Positions 7,571 through 15,939 are shown, numbered from the stretch's first letter. The stretch is DNA of 64,000 nt from Chthoniobacteraceae bacterium (GCA_028293625.1 JAQGOL010000030.1:542566-606565), one strand, 5' to 3'. Notes: generated by a model from the letters alone, not told the origin. Made by a program: numbers and translations.

Positions 7571-9198
7571 CAACGCGATGGTCGGAAGACATCGCGCAGA
7601 ATGAACAAGACAATAAGACCCGCATCCCTGGCGGCGAGGGCACCAATCCGGTGTCAACATTCGATCCGCCAACGGTAATGCTGCCCGGTGGCCCGGTTAC
7701 GATCACCGAATGCGCGCGCGATCTGTTTAAGATAATCGCTCCGCGGCATCAGATATTTGCGAGGGGAAAGGTCGTGGTTTCACTTACAAGAGCAACCACT
7801 GGTGATTTCGTGCTGGAACCACTTAAGCCTAGCACCGCACGAAGCACCTTTGAACAATACGCCAGATTCCTTGTTCACCGCTCTGGCGCCAACGGAGAAG
7901 CAGTATTGAAGAGGTCGGTCATGCCCGAGGAAACAGCGCGAGCGCTCCTCGATTCAGAGATTGCGTCTGATCTCCTTCCCCAGATCAAGGGGCTCACAAA
8001 TTGTCCAATAATCTTCGAATCAGAAGGGATATTGAAAGTGTCCGGGCGTGGGTATTCGCAAGAAACGAAGATGCTCATTCAGCGAGGAGAGCATCCACCC
8101 AGCGTGCCTTTAGATGAAGCGGTTAATGGACTAAAAGCGCTTCTCAAGGACTTTGCGTTCCAGACCGTCGGGGACAATTCCCGAGCAATGGCCGCTTTTA
8201 TTGCGCCAGCACTCAAGATGGGGGGGTTACTTCAAGGGTTCGTCCCCGTCGACGTAGCGGAAGCGGACCAAAGCCAGTCTGGCAAAACCTATCGTCAAAA
8301 GGTTCTTGGTGCAATTTATGGCGAGCGCCCTGCCATCGTCTCGTTGAAGAAAAACGGGGTCGGCAGCACCGACGAGAGCTTTCAGGAGCGGTTAGTCAAC
8401 GGCCGACCATTTATCCAATTCGACAACTTTCGAGGAAAACTCGACTCCCCTATATTGGAGTCGTTTTTGACAGCGGAATACTCCTTTCCCTGTCGCATAC
8501 CCTATTGCCGGGAAATCGAGGTGGACCCCTCACGGTTTTTTTTGCTCATGACTTCAAACGGGGTTGAAACAACACGAGATCTTGCCAATCGGTCTAGTAT
8601 CGTTCGAATATTCAAACGCCCTGGAGCGGCATTTGAGGATACTCTGGGAATTGTCCAAAAAAACCAGGCATATTACCTGGGATGCGTGTTCAGCATTATT
8701 CGGGACTGGCACAGACACGGCAGTCGGCGCACGTCAGATACTCGCCATGATTTTCGCCACTGGGCTCAAACGCTTGATTGGATTGTGCAACATATTTGCG
8801 GCCTTGCACCACTGACGGATGGCCATCAGTCCGCTCAAGAGCGTGTCAGCAACCCCGTGCTAACATTCCTTCGGCTCGTTGCAATTGAAGCGGAAAAGAC
8901 AGATAGGCTTGACGAAAACTTTTCTGCCTCAGAATTACTTGAACTCGCAGAAACAGGCGGCATTGAAGTTCCTGGATTGAAGGGCGAGGAGAACGACGAG
9001 AAGGCTCGAAAAATTTTAGGGATCAAACTCGGGCCGCTATTTAAATCAGCAGAACGCGTGCAAATAGACACATTTGAAGTGAGTCGGCAAATTGTTCGTA
9101 GCCAACGCAAAGACGGCCAAGGATCATTTGATTCAAAAGCATACGCATTCTCGAAGGTGCGTCCGCAAGCACCACAGCTACCACAGCAAGTCGAATAA
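7561..9198 (+). CDS. putative SF3-type helicase / P-loop NTPase (phage/plasmid primase C-terminal-like)
   Basis: Walker A-like DQSQSGKTY and Walker B-like RPFIQFDNFRG. At 545 aa it follows the primase gene, as in P4 alpha / D5-type replication modules. Confidence 0.55.
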   Translation: MPLATRWSEDIAQNEQDNKTRIPGGEGTNPVSTFDPPTVMLPGGPVTITECARDLFKIIAPRHQIFARGKVVVSLTRATTGDFVLEPLKPSTARSTFEQYARFLVHRSGANGEAVLKRSVMPEETARALLDSEIASDLLPQIKGLTNCPIIFESEGILKVSGRGYSQETKMLIQRGEHPPSVPLDEAVNGLKALLKDFAFQTVGDNSRAMAAFIAPALKMGGLLQGFVPVDVAEADQSQSGKTYRQKVLGAIYGERPAIVSLKKNGVGSTDESFQERLVNGRPFIQFDNFRGKLDSPILESFLTAEYSFPCRIPYCREIEVDPSRFFLLMTSNGVETTRDLANRSSIVRIFKRPGAAFEDTLGIVQKNQAYYLGCVFSIIRDWHRHGSRRTSDTRHDFRHWAQTLDWIVQHICGLAPLTDGHQSAQERVSNPVLTFLRLVAIEAEKTDRLDENFSASELLELAETGGIEVPGLKGEENDEKARKILGIKLGPLFKSAERVQIDTFEVSRQIVRSQRKDGQGSFDSKAYAFSKVRPQAPQLPQQVE

Positions 9199-9244
9199 GG
9201 TTCTGGAAAATACCGGTATATTTCAATAAGGAGGATGGGTTACT

Positions 9245-9430
9245 GTGGTCACTGCGGCGAAGTGTAAATTCGACCAAAACGCAGTAGCATCGATTGGGCA
9301 CAGTCGAAGACAACCAATCGCGCTTGCATTTATGCTGGGCAATCCGATTCGGTCTGAACTGATCCTGACGAATAAACAAAGTTTTTATCGGAGTCCGATT
9401 TTGGCCACAGAGGAAGCGGTAAGCTCATAG
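9245..9430 (+). CDS. possible small ORF (61 aa), doubtful
   Basis: GTG 9245 is preceded by a strong AAGGAGG (9228-9234) at 10-nt spacing. The product has no recognisable features. Confidence 0.2.
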   Translation: MVTAAKCKFDQNAVASIGHSRRQPIALAFMLGNPIRSELILTNKQSFYRSPILATEEAVSS

Positions 9431-9482
9431 GATTCTTTGAAGCTACCATCGCGGCAATCTACGGTTGTGTTAAGAATATGCC

Positions 9483-9827
9483 ATGTCAACAACGCGCTCC
9501 ATCCAAGGTCGTCCAACGAAGCTAACGCGTGACCTCATCCGGAATCTTGAATCGGCCTTACAGCAGACCTCCACCATGAAGAAAATCTGCCAGCAATTCG
9601 AGATCGGCGAAGCGACCTTTTATCGCTGGATGGCTTACGGAGAAAAGGCACCGCAAGGCCTGCTAAGAGAACTCCATGAAGCAGTGCGAAGAGCGCGAGC
9701 ACCGGCCAGTCTTGCGCAACTCGACAGAGTTGCGGAAGCAAATGGATGGACGAGCAAAACATGGTTCAAGGAGTTAAGGAATTCCCACGAATACGATTTT
9801 GCAAAGATCGATCCTGCCCGAGGTTGA
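9483..9827 (+). CDS. HTH DNA-binding protein, terminase-small-subunit-like (paralog of 15940-16305)
   Basis: QGRPTKLTRDLIRNLESALQQTSTMKKICQQFEIGEATFYRWM matches the GRPTK...HTH...F.RW pattern common in phage TerS-like/HTH proteins. Roughly 45% identical by eye to the product of 15940-16305. Confidence 0.6.
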   Translation: MSTTRSIQGRPTKLTRDLIRNLESALQQTSTMKKICQQFEIGEATFYRWMAYGEKAPQGLLRELHEAVRRARAPASLAQLDRVAEANGWTSKTWFKELRNSHEYDFAKIDPARG

Positions 9828-10004
9828 ATAATCTGCAACTGCGGTCCGCAACATTACGGGTTCCGGGAAAATCGATCTGGGAGAAAAGCATTAAAAGGAT
9901 GTGGTTTAGATACATCGAACCCGAATCGACCTGACTTGGGACCACCACCAAGCTTGGCTGTTATTGTTCTCCACGCCGTACTGCTCCTCGTTGTAGAAAC
10001 CAAA

Positions 10005-10088
10005 TTTTGAGAGTTTCGGGATTTTTGAACGTTTCCTACGCGCGGAGTTTTGAGAGTTTTCTCAGTTTTTGCACACCCTACGCGCGCA
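10005..10088. repeat. two tandem imperfect 42-43-bp units (TTTTGAGAG..TTTTTG..CCTACGCGCG)
   Basis: TTTTGAGAG at 10005 and 10048; TTTTTG(A/C)AC at 10022 and 10066; CCTACGCGCG at 10035 and 10077. A third unit lies at 16779-16820, and the 13-mer GGAGTTTTGAGAG is shared by 10044-10056 and 16775-16787. Confidence 0.7.
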
Positions 10089-10196
10089 AGGGTCCAAATT
10101 TTATCCGACACGAAGATGACCTCGCGTTTGACTGCACACTCCACCAGGAATTGGAGATGCCTCTGCCCTCGAAGCCGGGCGTTACCGATTTTGAAG

Positions 10197-10596
10197 TTAG
10201 CGCTGCTCAAAGCCCACAAACTTTCCTTTTAAAAAGTATGCGCTCGCATCCTCTACGGTGTAGCCGCTGAAACCGGTTTTTGCTCGATAACGAAAAGCAA
10301 CAGCCCAGCAGCGTCGGCCCTGGTAGGTCGCTGCGACCGGGGGCCATGTTTGCACGAACTGAAGGGAATCCGGGTCGCGAAGGACCGGCAGGAGCAGTGG
10401 CGGAATTCGGTATAGAGCCGCTGTTTATATCGAACAAGGCTCGGCCCAGACCGCAGAGAGCCATTAAGGCAAAGCCATACCCGATCAATCTGAGGCAGCC
10501 ACGGGGCCGGGCGCTGGGCTTGGGAGGGAGCACTGGCGCTCCGCAATTGGGCATGATGAAGGTGGTCAGTATCCGTGAGAAGCGGCTCGACAACAT
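10197..10596 (-). pseudogene. decayed paralog of the zinc-ribbon membrane protein gene 16951-17808
   Basis: High DNA similarity to 16951-17139 and 17587-17760, but about 0.45 kb of the middle is missing (junction near 10383-10391). The N-terminal part (CPNCGAPV...LIGYGFALMALCGLGRALFDINSGS) and C-terminal part (...RCWAVAFRYRAKTGFSGYTVEDASAYF) are now in different frames. The first CxxC of the zinc ribbon is lost. Confidence 0.75.
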
Positions 10597-10605
10597 TGTC
10601 AGTTA

Positions 10606-10752
10606 CCTGCGTCACCTATCAACAGTGCGGTCATGAAAGGGTTGAACACTAAAATCCAGTCAATGAAAGCAAACGCACGCGGTTTTCGCAGCTTCGCCAG
10701 CTACCGCATCAACATTCTCTTCTTCCGCGGAAAGCTCGATCTTTACCCCCTA
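10606..10752 (+). mobile_element. C-terminal remnant of a DDE transposase (ISL3-like tail; family tentative)
   Basis: INSAVMKGLNTKIQSMKANARGFRSFASYRINILFFRGKLDLYP matches the conserved (E)GLN.KI...K..A.GFR.F..F...I.F..G.LDL tail of IS transposases. No upstream transposase body is present. Confidence 0.6.
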
Positions 10753-10773
10753 AAAACCGTGAAGAGCCCTATC

Positions 10774-12591
10774 TTACTTAATCCGAATCTGAGCCTGAGC
10801 CTGAACGATTTGCTGCTGCAGGCTAGCGCGCACAGACGGGTCGGAAACTAATGAAAGCCAAGAACCCGCATGCTCCGGATCAGTGGTCATCGCGTAATGA
10901 ACCAGCGTAGTAATAGTTTTGTCCTTCGATGTTCCCGGAGGAAGCTTTTCAATCCACTCACAAGCACCTTTTACATCCTCACCTAGCCAACTTTCCACTG
11001 CTTTACCCCGGATGTTCTCTCCCAACGCGCCTTTCATCCCGAGAGATGCAAATGCAGCAGCGGCGGGATCGAGGTCAGCCCACGCCGCTGAGATAGCATC
11101 TGCCGCCTCGGTCCAAGATGGATCGTTTGAAGGATATTGGACGAGGAGCTTCGCAGCTCCGGCAGGATCAACTTTGGCCATGGAACCGGCTAAGTAAGGG
11201 GCGACCTGCGACTGAACCGATTGCGGCAGGGCGGCTAGGTTTTGGGAGACCGATGTCGGGGCGGCGGACGCCAGTGAAGGGATCATCGTTGTGAGCAGTT
11301 CGGGGGATTGTCGTGCTTTCTGCCAAGCGGCGGCGGGATCAATCAGCGCCCATTGCTTCGCGATTTTCCCGACCATCGCCTCTCGGGCAGCGTCGTCCTT
11401 GAGGGCTAACGCCCTTGCCATCGCGCCTTCGCCACCAATTTTCTCGACCAACGATTCGGCGAGATGAGCAGTTTGGTCAGCCAACGACGGATCAGACAGA
11501 TTGGCTTCGAAGGTGGTCAAAGCGATGTCAGGGGATTCTTCTCCCATGACCCAGAGCACTGGAGCCACGCTGGGTCCGGACGTTGCTTCCCCGCGCTGCT
11601 GAAGCCAAGCCAGAGCATCCTTTGGATCATTCAACGCCATTTGCCCGGCAATCTCTTGCGCCAGCTCGCGCTTCGACCTCCCAGTGGGCAGCTTGTCCAA
11701 CCACTGAGCGGCTGTTTTGGGATCCTGTGTGGAGAGCCGGGATAGGACGCCACGAAACGCAGCGTCATTGTCGCCCTCTGCAAGCGATCCAGCCCATGCA
11801 AGAGCGTCTTCTGGATTTTGCAGCGCCATGTGGTTTCCAACGGCGCTGATGGCATCATTGCGACTTTTACCAGCAGGCAAACTCACTGCAATTGCTGCCA
11901 CACCGATGGCGGATTGCGAAGCCCCAGCCTCGAAGATCGTTGCGAGCGCCGCGGATTTATCTGCTGCATTGAGCGTCGAAGCCCACTGCACAGCTGCCCC
12001 GAGGTTCCTTTCTGCCCACGTTCCAGCAACCGTGTTTGTCAGTCGCGAACGTAGCGCCCCTGGCGGCAGGCGGCCGAGAGCCGCCGCGGCTCCGCTTGGG
12101 CTCTGCATTGTGAGGCGCTCGTAAAGAGCGCCCCACGCCATGCTATCAGCAGTAAGTCCATTCGCAGAGGCCAACCGGAAGGCAAGGCCGGCATCGCTTT
12201 GAGCGAGCGTCGAGTAGAATGCTGCTTCCGCTGCCTGCCGAAGCACCTTGTTCTTGATGGCTTTGAGCAGCGGCACCCCGTCCGCCCCGGTGCTCGCCAG
12301 CTCTTGTGCCCACTTCGTTAAAGCATCAAGCCGCGCCACAGGGTCACGCGTGCCCAAAATCACATCTAATGAAGTCTCAGCCGTCGGCGATTCCGAGCGA
12401 TCCGCCTGGCGTGAAGATTCTTGGACAGCTGGAAAGACACTTGATGCAGACTCAAACTGGGCGGCAGGAGGCCGCGCGGCAATAGGCAGGGCAGCTCCGC
12501 TCACGACAGGAGGCTCTCGTTTCAACAATAGCCAGACTAAGCTAGCGCCAAATAACAGAGAGAGCGTGTGCGTGATAAATCGAGAAATCAT
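10774..12591 (-). CDS. membrane-anchored Ala-rich HEAT/ARM-like repeat protein
   Basis: N-terminal TM HTLSLLFGASLVWLLL, then many repeats of the type (D/N)P..A..W...LP (QDPKTAAQWLDKLPTG, NDPKDALAWLQQ, IDPAAAWQKA, VDPAGAAKLL, TDPEHAGSWL). Confidence 0.7.
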   Translation of the reverse strand: MISRFITHTLSLLFGASLVWLLLKREPPVVSGAALPIAARPPAAQFESASSVFPAVQESSRQADRSESPTAETSLDVILGTRDPVARLDALTKWAQELASTGADGVPLLKAIKNKVLRQAAEAAFYSTLAQSDAGLAFRLASANGLTADSMAWGALYERLTMQSPSGAAAALGRLPPGALRSRLTNTVAGTWAERNLGAAVQWASTLNAADKSAALATIFEAGASQSAIGVAAIAVSLPAGKSRNDAISAVGNHMALQNPEDALAWAGSLAEGDNDAAFRGVLSRLSTQDPKTAAQWLDKLPTGRSKRELAQEIAGQMALNDPKDALAWLQQRGEATSGPSVAPVLWVMGEESPDIALTTFEANLSDPSLADQTAHLAESLVEKIGGEGAMARALALKDDAAREAMVGKIAKQWALIDPAAAWQKARQSPELLTTMIPSLASAAPTSVSQNLAALPQSVQSQVAPYLAGSMAKVDPAGAAKLLVQYPSNDPSWTEAADAISAAWADLDPAAAAFASLGMKGALGENIRGKAVESWLGEDVKGACEWIEKLPPGTSKDKTITTLVHYAMTTDPEHAGSWLSLVSDPSVRASLQQQIVQAQAQIRIK

Positions 12592-12626
12592 ACGGCCTGG
12601 AGGAACAGTTTAGAATTGCGGCAACC

Positions 12627-12659
12627 GAAAAACCGGGGGCGGCACTCGCCACCCCCGGT
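12627..12659 (-). terminator. intrinsic terminator downstream of the NlpC/P60 gene
   Basis: The minus strand reads ACCGGGGG-tggcgagtgccg-CCCCCGGT followed by TTTTCGGTT: an 8-bp GC stem with a 12-nt loop. It lies between 12670 (stop) and 12591 (next start). Confidence 0.55.
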
Positions 12660-12669
12660 CCGAGTTAGA

Positions 12670-13233
12670 TTACCACTTCGTCGAAATGGCGCAGCTCAGC
12701 AGCTTCGCCCACTTTGCCTGGGCAAACTTAAACTTCTCAACGGAACCGGTGTTCCCGATGAGCTTGCCACTCTTGTCAAAGATTGGAGAGCCATTGGCAC
12801 CCACGCTGTAAACGCCATCACCGGAACTCAAGGTGACGTGAGTCAACGCTCCCGGTTTAGTCGAATCGGTGGCGAAGAACAGCAGCGCCGCCTTCGTTTT
12901 GGTTGAAACGGACATGTTGCAAGCGAGATACTGGTCTCCCGAAAACTTCGGAATGGTTATTCTCGCCTGCGCGTAGCAAAATTTCGTGAAGCCACTGCAG
13001 TCAAAATCAGTCGGGCCTTCGTGTCCCCAGTAATAGCGCTTCCCAATCTGCGCTTCAGCGGTGGTCATGACCGAGGTGGCGTTTTTCTCAGTAACCGAGT
13101 GTCCTGGCGTTGGAATCGCCACGAGGGCGAAGGTTGCGGCAAGGGTGACGCTCGCACGATGCGCGAGCCTGGTAGCGGCGCACTGCGCCGTGTTAGGGAA
13201 GGCCGTGAGGCCGGTTGTGGTTCTGGTTGTCAT
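12670..13233 (-). CDS. NlpC/P60 (C40) family cell-wall peptidase, exported
   Basis: GKRYYWGHEGPTDFDCSGFTKFCY (catalytic Cys motif) and LTHVTLS (His). N-terminal hydrophobic export segment VTLAATFALVAIP. Confidence 0.8.
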   Translation of the reverse strand: MTTRTTTGLTAFPNTAQCAATRLAHRASVTLAATFALVAIPTPGHSVTEKNATSVMTTAEAQIGKRYYWGHEGPTDFDCSGFTKFCYAQARITIPKFSGDQYLACNMSVSTKTKAALLFFATDSTKPGALTHVTLSSGDGVYSVGANGSPIFDKSGKLIGNTGSVEKFKFAQAKWAKLLSCAISTKW

Positions 13234-13363
13234 GCGACGTAACCGTACGCTGGAGCAAACTACCGGGGTAGAGAAAAAGCGCTTCTAAATTCCCTCCTAT
13301 CCTCCTCATGCTTATCTTCATTCCCGCGTCATTTCGCGTCAATTAACCTAACGGTAAAATTTA

Positions 13364-13861
13364 CTACGCATTCTGCACCGCGCGGTCCAGTCGCGGGCGT
13401 GTTCGCTCAACCAGAACCGGACCGCCGCCATCGCAATCTCGACCGCAATTCGAGCACGAGACGATAGTGGAATACGGTTCGCCGAACTCGTTCACATACG
13501 CAGCGCATGTCGCCGCAAAATTCGCCTGGAGCTCTGCTTCGTCGTCTGCGCCAAGGGTTCCAGCGTAAGGCCAGTGGTGGAGAAAAAATCCGAGGGCGTG
13601 CTCGCAGTCTCGCGCATACGCGCGCGTGTCCAAAATGTGGCAGTGCCACATTTCATCCACCTCGGGGGTCGGCACGATACGCTGATGAGGATACTTCACA
13701 CAGAGGTGAAGAAACCGCTTATAAGTCGTTTCCGCCGCGTCGGCTTTAGTGGGATCCCATCGGCTACCGTCTCCACGCACGAGTTTGAACTTCACGGCTT
13801 CAAGATCAATGGCGGCTATTCGGGTAAGGGATTCTGCCAGTGGGATTCTGAGTGTTTTCAT
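13364..13861 (-). CDS. DUF1399/glycine-rich-domain-protein (GRDP)-like protein
   Basis: TYKRFLHLCVKYPHQRIVPTPEVDEMWHCHILDTRAYARDCEHALGFFLHHWP matches my recollection of the PF07173 signature (vP..iD..WH.HiL.T..Y..dC). Cys-rich tail SCSNCGRDCDGGG. Start at ATG 13861 preferred over the track start 14083. Confidence 0.6.
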   Translation of the reverse strand: MKTLRIPLAESLTRIAAIDLEAVKFKLVRGDGSRWDPTKADAAETTYKRFLHLCVKYPHQRIVPTPEVDEMWHCHILDTRAYARDCEHALGFFLHHWPYAGTLGADDEAELQANFAATCAAYVNEFGEPYSTIVSCSNCGRDCDGGGPVLVERTRPRLDRAVQNA

Positions 13862-14047
13862 GGATTGAACTTTTTTGCTCGAACGATTGCAGGAGAGAGC
13901 ATGGACTGCTACTCCTGATTTTTCCTCGACGATTTCCTCCATGCCGCGAAAATGCAAAAAACTTTCCGCCCGCGAGACCAAGAAAATGGGAGATGGAACG
14001 AATTCCAGCTCTAGTAGGGTCAATCGGGTAGATGGGAGTACGGGTAA

Positions 14048-15454
14048 ATGAACACCGATGCTTTGGGGAAGTGTGACCACCAACTTCGTACGCCGTTGCT
14101 TTTGGCTTTGAAGCGGCTAAAAATCCGGCGCTCAGAAAATAAGAACGCGAATCAGGTTCTCAATCGAGCCTTGCGGAGTTTCTCGCCTGAGACACGCTCT
14201 GCTCCGCTGGATACGGGTAAGGTGACGGCGTTATCAGAATATTTTGTAGCTATCGCAAAATCCGTAACGGATGGCCAGTTTTCTCAGGCCGAATTTGAGA
14301 ATCTCGAGCGTCTTCGGGATGGTCGACTCGAAATGGAAAGCAACGCCGTTGGATCTTACTTGAGCTATATCGAAAAACGGATTCGTGAGGTGATGCATGA
14401 TGCCTTAAAGCTCCGCTGCGCTTTGGAAGCGAAAGCGCACTGTTTTGAGCTCGAGTCACGCTGGTTGGAGGCGATTCCGGTTTTGCGCGAGATTATCACG
14501 ATCGAAGAGGATCGGCTTTTCGATCCGGTGGAAGGCGCACGTACAAGAGCGCGAGCCGCACAGGCTTACATCAAGGACTGGAAACGAGAATCCTGCGAAA
14601 GCGCAAAAACGCTTCTCATTGGAGGGCTCGAGAGGATCGAAAGGCTCAAGACAGTTAGGCGGACGAAAGTGGAACTGCTGCTCACTCTCGCGCACGCGCA
14701 CATCGGACTGGACGAGCACCAGATTTGTCGGGTGATATTAACCAAATGCGAACCGCTTTTGACGGAATTGCGCCTACAGCAAGCGGGCGATTCATACATT
14801 GCGCTTGGCGCGGATTATGATGTCCGCATGGGCGTCGCACTTAAGCGGCTTGAAACAGACATGGAATTCTCTCATCGGCATCTTACGTCTGGTGCTCTGG
14901 CACGCGCGAAAATCCAGAACCGTCGCGGAACCGCCCATGCGATTCGGCATCTGGGCGGGCTGTATGCCGATAGCAGTCCAAAATGGGTTGATCGACGAAG
15001 CGCGCTAAAACGCAGTCTGTGGTTTTATCTCGCGGCTTGGGACATCTTCCAATCCCATGGCGAAGAAGGCCAGACATCACGAACGCACAGGAACTGTGGG
15101 AACGTCCTGAAATATCTTTGGGAGGAAAGTCTGTCGATGACGGCAGCACAACAAAAGGCCGAGCTTGCTACGTTTTTCGGCGAAATCGGCTCGTCACTTC
15201 AGGACGACGAAAAGGGTGCTTTGAAATCGCTGTATGTTGAAATCGGGAAAATTTCGGCCATCCAGTCAATCACCGGCAAATTTGCTTACACTCAGTCTTT
15301 CGCAATAGGCGCGCTCGCCCATTACAGGCGCTCCTTAGAACTGAAAGAAAGACTTGGGATCACGAGAGATGTGGACGAAATTACGAAAGACATCGCTCTC
15401 ATCGAGTCCGGATCGCGGCCAATCACAAGCCAGCCTAAGCCGAGAGGGCGTTAG
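14048..15454 (+). CDS. all-helical TPR-like repeat protein with possible RHH-like N-terminus
   Basis: 468 aa, transcribed divergently from the DUF1399 gene with a 186-bp shared intergenic region. Helical repeat character throughout. The N-terminal LRTPLLLALKRLKIRRSENKNANQVLNRALRSF could be a ribbon-helix-helix (unverified). Confidence 0.6.
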   Translation: MNTDALGKCDHQLRTPLLLALKRLKIRRSENKNANQVLNRALRSFSPETRSAPLDTGKVTALSEYFVAIAKSVTDGQFSQAEFENLERLRDGRLEMESNAVGSYLSYIEKRIREVMHDALKLRCALEAKAHCFELESRWLEAIPVLREIITIEEDRLFDPVEGARTRARAAQAYIKDWKRESCESAKTLLIGGLERIERLKTVRRTKVELLLTLAHAHIGLDEHQICRVILTKCEPLLTELRLQQAGDSYIALGADYDVRMGVALKRLETDMEFSHRHLTSGALARAKIQNRRGTAHAIRHLGGLYADSSPKWVDRRSALKRSLWFYLAAWDIFQSHGEEGQTSRTHRNCGNVLKYLWEESLSMTAAQQKAELATFFGEIGSSLQDDEKGALKSLYVEIGKISAIQSITGKFAYTQSFAIGALAHYRRSLELKERLGITRDVDEITKDIALIESGSRPITSQPKPRGR

Positions 15455-15461
15455 TGACAGT

Positions 15462-15858
15462 TCACTGAGTTTCGCCGGAGACCTCATTGCGATGCCGGGC
15501 ACCCTGCATCGCGCTCGTGATTTCGTGGCCGTCGCCATCTGGCAGGCCGAAGTCGCCTATTGAGCAGGTCAATCAGTCTCGCACGATGATGGCAACGGCC
15601 GCGTCCGCAGCCGCAACCACGGCAAAGCCAGCGGCACGCAGACGGCCTGCCAGCGCGCGAGCGGTATTGGCACGATCTTCCACCAAGAGGAGCCGAATCT
15701 GTCTGGCGCCGAGACTCGCCTCCCAGACCTCAAAGGCACTGACGTTCAATAGCAATGCCTCCTCGCAGGGAAGCTCCACGATGAGCGTAGCCTCTTTACC
15801 TCACGCCTCGCTTTCGGCGCGAATGGCGATCCCGCTTGCGCGTGTTCCGGAGCAACTT
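15462..15858 (-). pseudogene. remnant of a hybrid histidine kinase / receiver domain with in-frame stops
   Basis: The minus strand reads ...SGIAIRAESEA*GKEATLIVELPCEE...IRLLLVEDRANTARALAGRLRAAGFAVV...IIVRD*LTCSIGDFGLPDGDGHEI...GETQ*. This is an HATPase C-terminus plus a REC domain, interrupted by two TGA codons and truncated at both ends. Confidence 0.7.
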
Positions 15859-15939
15859 CGCCCTGCCAATAGATTGAGCCCAGAGACCATCACTGGGAAT
15901 CTCGTCGCCTCAAATATTAACATCGGTTACTATAGGTCC

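Noticed and set aside
9235-9267. 10-codon mini-ORF MGYCGHCGEV directly after AAGGAGG (RiPP-like or leader peptide?)
   Set aside because: The ATG abuts the Shine-Dalgarno-like sequence with zero spacing, and no maturation genes are nearby. The AAGGAGG is better spaced for GTG 9245, which is itself doubtful.
10005-10088. Possible CRISPR array
   Set aside because: There are only two adjacent imperfect units with no spacers between them, no cas genes are present, and the third copy is solitary. No other CRISPR-like periodicity was seen in the window.
10633-10851. 72-aa ORF as an intact gene
   Set aside because: Its first 40 residues are the conserved C-terminal tail of a transposase whose body is missing, and the remainder overlaps the 3' end of the HEAT-like gene on the other strand. 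It is annotated as an IS remnant instead.
15493-15564. 23-codon ORF downstream of the TPR gene, considered as an AimP-like signalling peptide
   Set aside because: It has no signal peptide, lies antisense within the receiver-domain remnant, and has no supporting RBS. It is most likely fortuitous.
15487-15939. N-terminal 150 codons of track ORF 15487-16305
   Set aside because: Only the part from ATG 15940 is homologous to the paralog 9483-9827. The upstream part is Ala/Ser/Arg-rich and antisense to the kinase/receiver remnant.
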